The notes below the pieces were generated by a model. That model was not told where the DNA came from. It did not search any database and saw only the letters and a program-made list of their open reading frames with translations. Of a DNA stretch of 64,000 nucleotides, positions 21,520-30,680 are shown one piece after another. Within the stretch, counting starts at the first letter, position 1; each line of letters opens with the position of its first letter. Source of the DNA: Acidimicrobiia bacterium (GTDB lineage Bacteria; Actinomycetota; Acidimicrobiia; Spongiisociales; UBA11373); assembly GCA_036478235.1 (NCBI GenBank), contig JAZGDZ010000040.1, positions 12,841-76,840 of the forward strand. Direction: 5' to 3'. The position numbers and the translations under genes are program-made.

Positions 21520-23223
21520 TCAGCCCTGCGGTCGCCTCTCGGCCCTAGCGACGCCACCCCGGACATGATCGCGCAGGACGTCGAGACCGACGGCCCCGAC
21601 CTCGAGCAGCCGCGAGTGGAAGGCCTTCTGGTCGTACCCGGCACCGAGCCGTGCCATCTCCTCGCTGCGCAGGTCGCGGATCGCCTGCTGCCCGACCTTG
21701 TAGGAGATCGCCTGCCCGGGCCAACCCAGGTAGCGATTCATCTCCGAGACGGACATGGCGTGATCCTGAGCGGCGTAGGCGTCGAGCATCTCGACTCCGC
21801 TCTCGAAGGTCCAGTGCTCGCCCGGGTGGAAGGGCTGCCCCTGAGGAATCTGCAGCTCGAGGTGGGAGCCGATGTCGATCACCACGCGGCACGCCCGCAG
21901 CATCTCCGATGCGAGCTTGCCCATCACGTAATCGGGCTTTTCGAGATAGCCGAGCTCTTCCATCAGGTCCTCGGCATACAGCGCCCAGCCCTCGCCCGAT
22001 CCCGAGTACCAGATCAAGAGCTTCTGCATACGAGAGACGCGGTCGCCGGCCGTCAGCTGCAGGCCGGTCTGCAGGTGGTGCCCGGGAAACCCCTCGTGGT
22101 ATGCGGTGCTGATCTCGTCGAACAGGGGAATCTGCTGCTGGTCCCCCTTCGACCAGTAGATGGTTCCGGGCCGCTTGAAGTCCTCGCTCGGCGAGTAGTA
22201 ATAGGCGCCGAGCGAGCCCCCCGGCGGCGTCATCTTGACGTCGATCGATTTGATCTCGTCCGGGACGTCGAAGTGCTCGCCGTCCAGCTCCCGCAACGCG
22301 ATCATCTGGCGTTGCAGCATGAGCTCGGAAAACTCGTCCTGGCTCTTCGCCGCCCTCCCCGGGTCCGTCAGCAGCAGCTCCAGGGCGGCCGCGAGACCGC
22401 CTCCGGGAAGGATCTCCTCGGCCAGATCGGCCATCCTCGCCCGGAGGCGCTCGACCTCTTCCCATCCCCACTCGTAGGTCGCGACGGGATCGATCTGCGC
22501 GCCGAGGAACCTGGCGGCCAGGTGGGCGTACCGTTCCGGCCCGACCGCGTCCCGCTCGGCGGCCGCCGGCAAGTACTCCTGCTCGAGATAATCGGCGATG
22601 CGGCCGAATCCGGAGCGGGCGAGTTCGACTCCGGCTGCCAGCCGCCGCAGCAGAGCGGCGTCTCCAAGGCCCGACTCGGTGAGCGAGGCGGGGTACGTGG
22701 TGAAGTGGGAGTCTGCTCCTGCGTGATTGCGCGCCTGTCTGACGACCTCCTCCACCTGACGCCGAGCCACGGTCGATCCGCGCCCCTTTCCCGCGTTCAT
22801 GCGAGAGACGTACTCCTCGGCAGCGGCCGGGAGCCGCTCCAGCCGCGAAGCAATGTTCTCCCAGCCCTCGGCGCTCGACTTGTCCATCTGATCGAACGTG
22901 TCGCGTAGATCCTGCGGCGTCGAGGCAATGCTGTTGAGGTCGAGATAGTGCTCACCGAGATCGTGATCGGCGAGATCGCGCTCCAACTCGGCGACCACGA
23001 CCTCCCCGGCAAGCTCGGCCCATTCGTCGTCCGCGTCGGGCAACGACCGCACCCGCCGAATCTGATCCCTCATCATCCCGGCGACGGCGTCGTATCCCTC
23101 GACCGAGAAGTCATTCCACAAGTGGTCGTATCCGGGAATGCCGAGATAGGTGGCGAGTATCGGGACGGCCGCCACGATCTCGTCGACGATGTCGCTGCTG
23201 AGGGAGTAGATGTCCTCGTTCAA
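21520..23223 (-). CDS. DUF885 family protein
   Basis: 567 aa with the DUF885 signature ...AYHEGFPGHHLQ.... Confidence 0.7.
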   Translation of the reverse strand: MNEDIYSLSSDIVDEIVAAVPILATYLGIPGYDHLWNDFSVEGYDAVAGMMRDQIRRVRSLPDADDEWAELAGEVVVAELERDLADHDLGEHYLDLNSIASTPQDLRDTFDQMDKSSAEGWENIASRLERLPAAAEEYVSRMNAGKGRGSTVARRQVEEVVRQARNHAGADSHFTTYPASLTESGLGDAALLRRLAAGVELARSGFGRIADYLEQEYLPAAAERDAVGPERYAHLAARFLGAQIDPVATYEWGWEEVERLRARMADLAEEILPGGGLAAALELLLTDPGRAAKSQDEFSELMLQRQMIALRELDGEHFDVPDEIKSIDVKMTPPGGSLGAYYYSPSEDFKRPGTIYWSKGDQQQIPLFDEISTAYHEGFPGHHLQTGLQLTAGDRVSRMQKLLIWYSGSGEGWALYAEDLMEELGYLEKPDYVMGKLASEMLRACRVVIDIGSHLELQIPQGQPFHPGEHWTFESGVEMLDAYAAQDHAMSVSEMNRYLGWPGQAISYKVGQQAIRDLRSEEMARLGAGYDQKAFHSRLLEVGAVGLDVLRDHVRGGVARAERRPQG

Positions 23224-23302
23224 GCTGCTCTGCTCCGGGGAAGGCCCGGAGCGACGATAGCCCCGAAGAGTGCAAGAGACGGGCCGTTATCGTCTCCGGT
23301 TC

Positions 23303-23992
23303 ATGTCACCGCGACCGCCGGCACGGCCATCCATTGCAGGGATCGTCGATATCGCCCCCATCCTCATCGGAGTGGTCCCGTTCGGGATCATCGCCGGCAT
23401 CGCTGCGGTGGAGGCCGGACTGGGAACGTTCCAGGCGTATGCCGTTTCGCCTCTGGTCTTCGCCGGCGCCGCCCAGTTGGCGATGACGGACCTGATCTCC
23501 CGCGACGCGGCCGCGATCGTCGTCGTCGCAACCGCCCTCGTGATCAACTCCCGTTTTGCGATGTACAGCGCGTCGCTGGCGCCGACATTCGGGCGGGTGG
23601 GCGCGATGCGCAAGGCGGTGGCGGCGTACCTATTGACCGATCAGGCTTTTGCGGTGAGCGTCGTCCGCTTCGACCGGGTCGACGAACCGATTTCAGCGCG
23701 CTACGCCTACTACCTCGGGGCGGGGATGGCCCTGTGGGTCACCTGGCTGGTCTCCTCGGCCGTCGGAGTGGTGGTGGGCGCGGGCGTTCCCGCTGAGTGG
23801 TCGCTCGATTTCGCCATTCCTCTGGTCTTCATCGCCTTGCTCTTCGCGGCGGTCAACGACCGGGGAACTGGGATCGCCGCCGTCGCAGGTTTTGTTGCCG
23901 CGGTGGCTTTCGCCGGACTCCCCCTGAACCTGGGACTGCTGGTGGCATCGGGTGTGGGTATCGCCGCCGGGGTCGTCGGACAGAGACGATGA
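23303..23992 (+). CDS. azlC: AzlC family branched-chain amino acid permease subunit
   Basis: Polytopic membrane protein, AzlC-like. Immediately followed by azlD with an ATGA overlap. The start could instead be GTG 23270. Confidence 0.7.
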   Translation: MSPRPPARPSIAGIVDIAPILIGVVPFGIIAGIAAVEAGLGTFQAYAVSPLVFAGAAQLAMTDLISRDAAAIVVVATALVINSRFAMYSASLAPTFGRVGAMRKAVAAYLLTDQAFAVSVVRFDRVDEPISARYAYYLGAGMALWVTWLVSSAVGVVVGAGVPAEWSLDFAIPLVFIALLFAAVNDRGTGIAAVAGFVAAVAFAGLPLNLGLLVASGVGIAAGVVGQRR

Positions 23993-24318
23993 CGACCCAC
24001 TCGACGGCGACGATATGGCTCCTCATCGGTGTGACCGCGGCGGGCACGTGGCTGATCCGCATCTCGTTCATCGCCCTGCTGGGGCGGGTATCGGTGTTCC
24101 CCGACCTGGCGATGCGGGTGCTGAGGATGATCCCTGCGGCGGTGCTCGCGGCACTCATCGGCCCGTCGCTTACGCAGGCCGAGGGTGCTTTCGACCTCGG
24201 AACCGAGCGATTCCTGGCCGGGCTGCTGGCGGGCCTGGTCGCATGGCGCACCAGGAACGTCCTGGCGACCATCGGGGTGGGAATGGGAGGGCTCTGGCTC
24301 TTGCAGGCGGTCGGCTAG
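23989..24318 (+). CDS. azlD: AzlD family branched-chain amino acid transport protein
   Basis: MTTHSTATIWLLIGVTAAGTWLIRISF... 109 aa, 3-4 TM. ATG 23989 overlaps the azlC TGA. Confidence 0.7.
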   Translation: MTTHSTATIWLLIGVTAAGTWLIRISFIALLGRVSVFPDLAMRVLRMIPAAVLAALIGPSLTQAEGAFDLGTERFLAGLLAGLVAWRTRNVLATIGVGMGGLWLLQAVG

Positions 24319-24430
24319 TCGATCCGAGAACGATGAGCAGCCGCTCTTGTTCCACGGTCCATACGCCCGAGATTGGGCCCCAAGCCCGGCACCGGCGTTA
24401 TCCTCGAAATCACCCTCCCCCGGAGTCCCG

Positions 24431-25579
24431 ATGCTGATCGCAGCACTGGATCCAGAGATCTACTTGAAGTCGCAGCGCACTCAGCGGCGAATGGTCGGCG
24501 CCCTCGTGTCGGCCATCACGGACTCGTTCGGAGGCGACGTTGAGCTCAGGCGTCTCGCCGGCCACCGGCTGGCGGTAGCCACCGAGCGCTCCGATGCAAT
24601 CGACCGGCTCGCTCACATCTTCGGTATCCGCGCCGTCGAGACCGTCGAACCGGTCCAGATCACCACGGTTCGGCAGCTTGCCGAGACCGTAGCCGAACGG
24701 TTCGCCGACCGGGTCGAGGGAAAGACCTTCGCCGTTCGCCCGACCCGCATGGGGTCGCACGACTGGTCGTCACAGGATCTGGCCGTGGCTGCCGGATCGC
24801 TGCTCGTCGAGGCGGGCGGGTCCGTCGACCTCAGCCGGCCCGAGTACACGGTTGTCGTCCGGGTGGTCGACGACGTGGCGTACCTGACCCTCGACGTTGC
24901 GCCCGGGGTCGGGGGGCTGCCCCCCGGGACCCAGGGCAAGGCCCTCATGCTCTTCTCCGGAGGCATCGACTCGCCGGTGGCCGCCTTCCTCATGGCGCGC
25001 CGCGGAGTCGCCCTCGACTACCTCCACTTCTCGCTCGGGTGCGGCCAGGCCGATCACGCCGCCGGTGTCGCTCACCTACTGACGGATCGCTACGGGGCGG
25101 GTACGGACCCGATGCTGCACGTCGTCGATCTGGAACCGGCAGTCGCCGAGATCCAGCACCGGGTCCCGGCGCGGGAACGGCAGATGGCTCTCAAGGGGGT
25201 CATGTACCGGGCATCCGCCGCCGTCGCCGGTGCCGACGGGACGGTCCGAGCACTGGTGAACGGCGAGTCGCTCGGACAGGTGTCGACACAGACGCTCGAC
25301 AACGTCGCCGCACTGGATCGACTGATCAGCATCCCGATGCTGCGCCCCCTCATCGGGCTCTCCAAGGAGACGATCATGACAAAAGCCCGCGAGATCGGGA
25401 CGTTCGAGGTCTCGTCCCGCACCAGGGAGCTGTGTGACATCGCCGGAGGCGCCAGGGTGTCTGTCTCGACGAGGCCGGCCAAGCTGGCAGTCATCACCGA
25501 AGGGCTCGGCGATCTCGTGGACCACGCAGTGATGACGACGAAGTCGATGCGCCTGACCGACTGGATGCCCGGAGGCTGA
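24431..25579 (+). CDS. thiI: tRNA 4-thiouridine synthase ThiI (THUMP + PP-loop ATPase)
   Basis: PP-loop LFSGGIDSPVAAFLM. The THUMP region is upstream. Start at ATG 24431 preceded by GGAG. Confidence 0.85.
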   Translation: MLIAALDPEIYLKSQRTQRRMVGALVSAITDSFGGDVELRRLAGHRLAVATERSDAIDRLAHIFGIRAVETVEPVQITTVRQLAETVAERFADRVEGKTFAVRPTRMGSHDWSSQDLAVAAGSLLVEAGGSVDLSRPEYTVVVRVVDDVAYLTLDVAPGVGGLPPGTQGKALMLFSGGIDSPVAAFLMARRGVALDYLHFSLGCGQADHAAGVAHLLTDRYGAGTDPMLHVVDLEPAVAEIQHRVPARERQMALKGVMYRASAAVAGADGTVRALVNGESLGQVSTQTLDNVAALDRLISIPMLRPLIGLSKETIMTKAREIGTFEVSSRTRELCDIAGGARVSVSTRPAKLAVITEGLGDLVDHAVMTTKSMRLTDWMPGG

Positions 25580-25706
25580 GATACCGGGGATGTGGACATC
25601 CCGAAAACCACCGAGCCGGACCCGTCGAAGTCGAACCTGCCCACGCTCTTAGAGGGGTATCGACCAGAAGCGTTCCATCACTTGGGGGCACTACCGTATC
25701 CGCCTC

Positions 25707-26633
25707 ATGGCCGAAGCACTGGTGCACGCCCGCGACCTCAAGAAGGAGTTCGGAGAGCTCGTCGCTGTGGACGGGATCGACTTCGAGGTGAGGGTCGGCG
25801 AGGCGTTCGGATTCCTCGGCCCCAACGGGGCGGGCAAGTCGTCGACGATGAAGATGATCGGCGCCGTATCCCCCAAGACCGCCGGGGAGCTGACGGTGCT
25901 CGGGATGGATCCGGGCGTGGACGGGCAGAAGATTCGGGCCCGGCTCGGAGTCATCCCCCAGGAGGACAACCTCGATCTCGAGTTGACCGTCTACGAGAAC
26001 CTCCTCATCTACGGCCGCTACTTCGGGATGAGCCGGAAGGTGATCAACGAACGCATCGACGACCTGTTGGCATTCACGCAGCTGGATGAGCGGCGCAACA
26101 GCCGGGTCGAGCCTCTGTCGGGCGGGATGAAGCGGCGGCTCACGATCGCCCGCGGGCTCATCAACACGCCCGAGCTCCTCATCCTCGACGAGCCGACCAC
26201 CGGACTCGACCCCCAGGCCCGCCATCTCCTCTGGGACCGCCTCTACCGCCTCAAGCAGGAGGGAGTGACGCTCATCATCACGACCCACTACATGGACGAA
26301 GCCGAACAGCTTTGCGACCGGCTCGTGATCATGGACAAGGGCAAGATCGTCGCCGAAGGGTCACCCGACGAGCTCATCGAAAAACACACCAAGCGGGAGG
26401 TCCTCGAACTTCGATTCCCGGTGGGAGCGCAGGAGAAGCATGTCGACGTGCTGAATGACCTGGCGGCGCGGGTCGAGGTGCTCCCCGACCGCGTGCTGCT
26501 CTACACCGACGACGCCGACAAGACGGGCGACGAGATCCACGAGCGAGGAATCTTCCCCGAGTCCACGGTCAGCCGCCGCTCAACGCTCGAGGACGTGTTC
26601 CTCAGGCTGACGGGCCGAACCCTGGTCGACTGA
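25707..26633 (+). CDS. ABC transporter ATP-binding protein (DrrA/NodI-like exporter)
   Basis: Walker A GPNGAGKSST, signature LSGGMKRRL, Walker B LILDEPTTGLD. Confidence 0.9.
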   Translation: MAEALVHARDLKKEFGELVAVDGIDFEVRVGEAFGFLGPNGAGKSSTMKMIGAVSPKTAGELTVLGMDPGVDGQKIRARLGVIPQEDNLDLELTVYENLLIYGRYFGMSRKVINERIDDLLAFTQLDERRNSRVEPLSGGMKRRLTIARGLINTPELLILDEPTTGLDPQARHLLWDRLYRLKQEGVTLIITTHYMDEAEQLCDRLVIMDKGKIVAEGSPDELIEKHTKREVLELRFPVGAQEKHVDVLNDLAARVEVLPDRVLLYTDDADKTGDEIHERGIFPESTVSRRSTLEDVFLRLTGRTLVD

Positions 26634-27409
26634 TGCTCCTCGCCCATCCCGGACGTGTCGTCGAAGCCTCCGCCCGGGTCTACCGCCGCACCTGGCGCGG
26701 CAGCGTGATCAGTACCTTCTTCAATCCGATCCTGTACCTGCTGGCGATGGGCGTCGGCCTGGGAAAGCTGGTGGACGAGGGCGCCGGTACCACATCTCTG
26801 GATCTGCCGTACCTGACGTTTCTGGCGCCGGGTCTCCTTGCGGCCACTGCGATGATGACCGGCGCTGGCGACGCCTCGTGGCCGGTGATGGCCGGGATCA
26901 AGTGGCGCAAGACCTACGAGGCGGTGCTAGCCACTCCCGTCGGGGTCGGCGACCTCGTCATCGGCCATCTGTCCTGGGTGGGAGTGCGCCTGGTCTTCGT
27001 GACCGTCGTGTACTCGGGTGTGATGACGGCCTTCGGGGCGACGACCGTGGCCGAGGGCCTGCTCTCGATCCCACCGGCCGTGCTCACCGGCCTGGGGTTC
27101 GCAGCCGTCATCACCGCCTACACCGCTCGGCTCAAGGACGAGCAGGGCTTGGCGGCCTTGTTCCGATTCGCCGTGATGCCGCTGTTCCTCTTCTCGGGCA
27201 CGTTCTTCCCCCTGGACCAGCTGCCGGCCTGGGCACAGCCGGTCGCCGCGGCCACACCGCTGTACCACGGCGTGTCGCTGTGTCGGGGCCTCGCCCTCGG
27301 AACCGGCTTCGAGGTTCACCCCGCCGTCAGCGTCGCCTATCTCGTCGCCATGGTCACGCTCGGGACGATCCTGGCGATCCGCCTGATGGCCAGGAGGCTG
27401 GTCACATGA
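26633..27409 (+). CDS. ABC-2 type transporter permease
   Basis: 258 aa, 6 TM. TGATG junction with the ATPase. Confidence 0.8.
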   Translation: MLLAHPGRVVEASARVYRRTWRGSVISTFFNPILYLLAMGVGLGKLVDEGAGTTSLDLPYLTFLAPGLLAATAMMTGAGDASWPVMAGIKWRKTYEAVLATPVGVGDLVIGHLSWVGVRLVFVTVVYSGVMTAFGATTVAEGLLSIPPAVLTGLGFAAVITAYTARLKDEQGLAALFRFAVMPLFLFSGTFFPLDQLPAWAQPVAAATPLYHGVSLCRGLALGTGFEVHPAVSVAYLVAMVTLGTILAIRLMARRLVT

Positions 27410-28221
27410 GGGATTCGGCCACGCTGAGCGCCCGGGTCATTCCGCCTCCCGTTCTCGCCGGAGGTGGGGCCACCAAGATTCTGGAGAGGAACTTCCTCGT
27501 CTACCGCAGGATCTGGCTGATCGTCTTCTCAGGCTTCTTCGAGCCGATCTTCTACCTGTTCTCGATAGGGATCGGTCTCGGCAAACTGATAGGAGACGTC
27601 GCCGGTCCCGGAGGGGAACCGATCGAGTACGCCGCCTTCGTCGCCCCGGCGCTCCTCGGGGCGTCGGCGATGAACGGCGCCATCTACGAGTCCACCTTCA
27701 ACATCTTCTTCAAGCTGCGATACGGCAAGGTGTACGACGCGATCCTGGCCACTCCGATGCTGCCTCGCCACATTGCGGTCGGCGAGATCTCCTGGTCGCT
27801 CGGCCGCGGCGCCCTCTACGCGAGCGCCTTCCTGGTCGTGATCACGGCCTTCGGCTACGTGCACTCGACCTGGGCTCTCATGGCGATCCCGGCCGCAGTC
27901 CTCATCGGATTCGCCTTCGGAGCCGTCGGGATGGCGACGACGACGTTCATGAAATCCTGGCAGGACTTCGATCTGGTCAACATGGTCGTGCTGCCGCTCT
28001 TCCTGTTCTCGGGAACCTTCTACCCCCTCGAGGTCTACCCGGACATCTTCCGGGTGCTCACCAGGTTCTCCCCGCTGTACCACGGTGTCGAGCTGATCCG
28101 AGCCCTCACCCTCGGCGTCTTCGACTGGAGCCTGGTCGGCCATATCGGGTTCCTTGTCGCAATGGGAGCGATCGGCGTGGCCATCGCCTCGCGCCGCCTC
28201 GACAAGCTGCTGCTGGCGTAG
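27406..28221 (+). CDS. ABC-2 type transporter permease (second subunit)
   Basis: MRDSATLSARV... 271 aa, 6 TM. ATGA overlap with the preceding permease. The ORF-track version is fused to an upstream frame. Confidence 0.8.
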   Translation: MRDSATLSARVIPPPVLAGGGATKILERNFLVYRRIWLIVFSGFFEPIFYLFSIGIGLGKLIGDVAGPGGEPIEYAAFVAPALLGASAMNGAIYESTFNIFFKLRYGKVYDAILATPMLPRHIAVGEISWSLGRGALYASAFLVVITAFGYVHSTWALMAIPAAVLIGFAFGAVGMATTTFMKSWQDFDLVNMVVLPLFLFSGTFYPLEVYPDIFRVLTRFSPLYHGVELIRALTLGVFDWSLVGHIGFLVAMGAIGVAIASRRLDKLLLA

Positions 28222-28290
28222 TTGGTGGGTCCCCAGGGACCCCCCTCCGGCAGCGGCGGCAAAGCCGCCTCCGCCCTCTCCCCCCTCAGG

Positions 28291-28325
28291 GAGGAGAGCA
28301 CACAAAGACCCGCCCATCGAGGGCG
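28291..28325. terminator. Bidirectional intrinsic terminator hairpin serving the ABC operon (+) and tmRNA (-)
   Basis: caaagacccgccc-tcgat-gggcgggtctttg, a perfect 13-bp stem with U/A-rich flanks. Confidence 0.8.
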
Positions 28326-28333
28326 GGTCTTTG

Positions 28334-28683
28334 TGGAGGTGCGGGGAGTCGAACCCCGGTCCTCTGAGGCTTCGGCGTCGGCATCTCCGAGCGCAGCCGA
28401 TAGCGAGCTTCGGAACGCGGGGCCCTATCGGCGGGTGGTCCTGCGCCCTAGCCGGAGTTGGTCTTGACCCGCCGGTCCCGGCATCCCGGCGGAGGCATCC
28501 CCTATTGCGACGCCCGGACCTGGTGAGAGGGGAACCCTCCAGACGGACGGACTGCGTTGTTAGGCAGCCAGTGCGAAGTTGTCTTCGGCACTTGGTTTGT
28601 TTCCCGGCTCTTTAACGAGGACTCCGGGGACCTCGGCTCGCTTCCGACGCTTCAACCCTCAAAGTCGAAACCATGTCACCCCC
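28334..28683 (-). ncRNA. ssrA: tmRNA (ssrA)
   Basis: Reverse complement starts GGGGGTGACATGGTTTCGACTTTGAGGGTTGAAGCGTCGG and ends GACCGGGGTTCGACTCCCCGCACCTCCA. Tag ORF ...GCCGAAGACAACTTCGCACTGGCTGCCTAA gives (A)EDNFALAA*. Adjacent to smpB. Confidence 0.9.
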
Positions 28684-28751
28684 GTGAGGGTGCGCAAAGC
28701 GCACTCGCAAGATACAACGATCGGCAGGCGAAGGTGGATTCCTGAAGGAGG

Positions 28752-28905
28752 GAAAGTCTCCAGTCTCCAGCCAGCGTCGCTGTCGATCGCCCGCCCCACG
28801 ATCGCCCGCAAAGCGATTGCCCGCCGAGCCCAGCGAGGCGATTGCCGGAGGCTCTCTGGGAGCCGACGCTTAGCAAGTTGCCAGCTGCCAGCTGCCAGTA
28901 GCTTC
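28752..28905. repeat. Cluster of short tandem repeats: (TCTCCAG)x2, CGATCGCCCGC/GCGATTGCCCGCC family x3-4, (GCCAGCT)x3
   Basis: gtctccagtctccag...cgatcgcccgccccacgatcgcccgcaaagcgattgcccgcc...gaggcgattgccgg...ttgccagctgccagctgccagtagc. Confidence 0.85.
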
Positions 28906-28919
28906 TCAGTCCACGCTCC

Positions 28920-29077
28920 TGTGCCGCATCGCCCGTTGCATCCCCATGCCCATGGCTCTTCGGCTCACACCTCATCGCAGTGTCGCCCGGGTCCCTGCCC
29001 GGGCGACCGAGATGCAACGATGTGCCACCGCTACATCACATCAATCGATGTCCTTGTGCCGCATCGCCCGTTGCATC
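28920..29077. mobile_element. 112-bp hairpin-containing insert (repeat-family module ATGGCTCTTCGGCTCACACCTCATCGCAG + GTCGCCCGGG-tccctg-CCCGGGCGAC hairpin) flanked by a 23-bp direct duplication (TGTGCCGCATCGCCCGTTGCATC) at the smpB 3' end
   Basis: Copies at 28920-28942 and 29055-29077. The second copy encodes MQRAMRH of SmpB, and the insert supplies the final KDID* codons. The outer copy would encode ...MQRAMRHRSVD*. Confidence 0.7.
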
Positions 29078-29499
29078 TCTCTGTCGGCCTGGCGGCGCCT
29101 GAGGGTCTCGCGCTTGTCACGATGCGCCTTGCCCTTGCCGAGGCCGAGCTCGATCTTGGCCTTGCCGTCCTTGAAATACAGCTTCGTCGGAATGAGGGTC
29201 AAGCCGCGTTCGGCGAGCTTCGACGCGATCTTGCTGATCTCGCGCTTGTGCAGCAGGAGCTTTCGCTCGCGCTCCGGCTCGTGCCCCCCGTCCCTGGCGA
29301 ACTCGTACGGCGCGATGCGCAGGCCGACAAGCCACAGCTCGCCGCCACGCACGACGCCATAGGAATCCTTGAGGTCGGCGCGACCCATCCGCAGACTCTT
29401 GACCTCGGAACCGAGAAGAACTATCCCGGCCTCGAAGGTCTCCGAGATCTCGTAGTTGAAGCGGGCTCTGCGGTTGGTGGCAATCGTCTTGACGCTCAT
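29041..29499 (-). CDS. smpB: SsrA-binding protein SmpB
   Basis: MSVKTIATNRRARFNYEI...GSEVKSLR...KLLLHKREI, a canonical SmpB. Start ATG 29499. Confidence 0.92.
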   Translation of the reverse strand: MSVKTIATNRRARFNYEISETFEAGIVLLGSEVKSLRMGRADLKDSYGVVRGGELWLVGLRIAPYEFARDGGHEPERERKLLLHKREISKIASKLAERGLTLIPTKLYFKDGKAKIELGLGKGKAHRDKRETLRRRQADREMQRAMRHKDID

Positions 29500-30680
29500 C
29501 ACAAGTACGGTGCCGGGTCGACCGGGGTCCCGCTGAGCCTCACTTCCCAGTGGAGATGGCACCCCGTCGACACCCCCGTAGTCCCGACAAGCCCGATCTG
29601 CTCGCCGGTGCCGACCATCTGCCCGTAGGAGACACCGAGCGATGATTGGTGGGCATACAGGGTCGCGAGTCCTCCGCCGTGGTCGATCATCGTGGCGAGT
29701 CCGTACCCGCCTTTCCATCCGGCGAAGATCACCCGGCCGGCACCGGCGGCCACGATCGGTGAGCCGCAGGAGCCGTGCATGTCCCAGCCGGTGTGGAGGA
29801 GCTGCGTGCCGTAGATGGGATGGATTCGGTAGCCGAACCCGCTCTCGACCGCCCCGGGCACCGGCCGGAGCAGGACTCCGGGAGCCACTCCGCCAATGCT
29901 CTGCTCCTGTGCGATCAGCAGACGGATCGCCTCCTCGTCCCGTGCCAGAGCGACCAGCTCGCCCTCGATCTCTCGAATACGGCGATCCATCTCATGCAGC
30001 AGGGCGTGCTGCTCGACCAGGCGAGCCTCGACCTCGGCCGCCCTCACAGCGACTGCGGCCGCGGCGGCCTTTCGCTCCTGCTCCTGCGCGGCCAGAGTGG
30101 TGCGATAGTCCTCGGCCCGGGCCCGATCAGCGGCGAGCCGATCGGCCTCCTGCTGCTCCTGATAGCGGTGGAGCTCGTACTCGGCGATCACCCGGTCCGC
30201 CACGTTCTGGACACGATTGGCGTACACGAGACCAACACCGGCATCGGGACTGTCCCCGCCGGCAAACACGACCGACACATCAGCGTGGGCGGACATGTAG
30301 ATGTCGACGGCTCGAGCCAACGCCGCTTCCCGTTCGACCCGGGCCCTGGCGCGGAGATCGATGATGATCCCTTGACGCTCTTCGATCCTCTCGACCAAGT
30401 CGCTCAACAGCGTCTCGGTGGCACCGATCTCCGCCTCGGTGGCGGCCAGTTGCTGCTCGGCCGCGGCCAGCTCGGCGACCACCGCTTTCAGCGCCCGGGC
30501 CGTCTCGAGTACTTCGGCAGCGAACTCGGTGCGTGCACCCTCCGCCGCTGCAATGGCAGCCTCGAGGTCCTCGATCTGCAATTCGACCTCGGCCAGGTCC
30601 GAGTCGAGGTCGGCAGCGGCCGGAGCCGCCAGCAACAACAGGACGACGGCGGCGACTGCCGGCGTCAGGAAACGCCGCAT
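29499..30680 (-). CDS. M23 family metallopeptidase with an N-terminal coiled-coil (EnvC/PcsB-like murein hydrolase regulator)
   Basis: Signal/[25 protein letters not shown], long coiled-coils, C-terminal LysM-less M23 domain (HTGWDMHGS...GLVGTTGVSTGCHLHWEV). Start ATG 30680 overlaps the ftsX stop. Downstream of ftsEX as in other Gram-positives. Confidence 0.85.
   Translation of the reverse strand: MRRFLTPAVAAVVLLLLAAPAAADLDSDLAEVELQIEDLEAAIAAAEGARTEFAAEVLETARALKAVVAELAAAEQQLAATEAEIGATETLLSDLVERIEERQGIIIDLRARARVEREAALARAVDIYMSAHADVSVVFAGGDSPDAGVGLVYANRVQNVADRVIAEYELHRYQEQQEADRLAADRARAEDYRTTLAAQEQERKAAAAAVAVRAAEVEARLVEQHALLHEMDRRIREIEGELVALARDEEAIRLLIAQEQSIGGVAPGVLLRPVPGAVESGFGYRIHPIYGTQLLHTGWDMHGSCGSPIVAAGAGRVIFAGWKGGYGLATMIDHGGGLATLYAHQSSLGVSYGQMVGTGEQIGLVGTTGVSTGCHLHWEVRLSGTPVDPAPYL

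Noticed and set aside
24319-24430. Riboswitches or leader elements upstream of thiI, ahcY and the ABC operons
   Set aside because: ahcY overlaps the upstream gene, so there is no leader. The thiI and ABC upstream regions are short with no recognisable TPP/SAH/SAM consensus stems.
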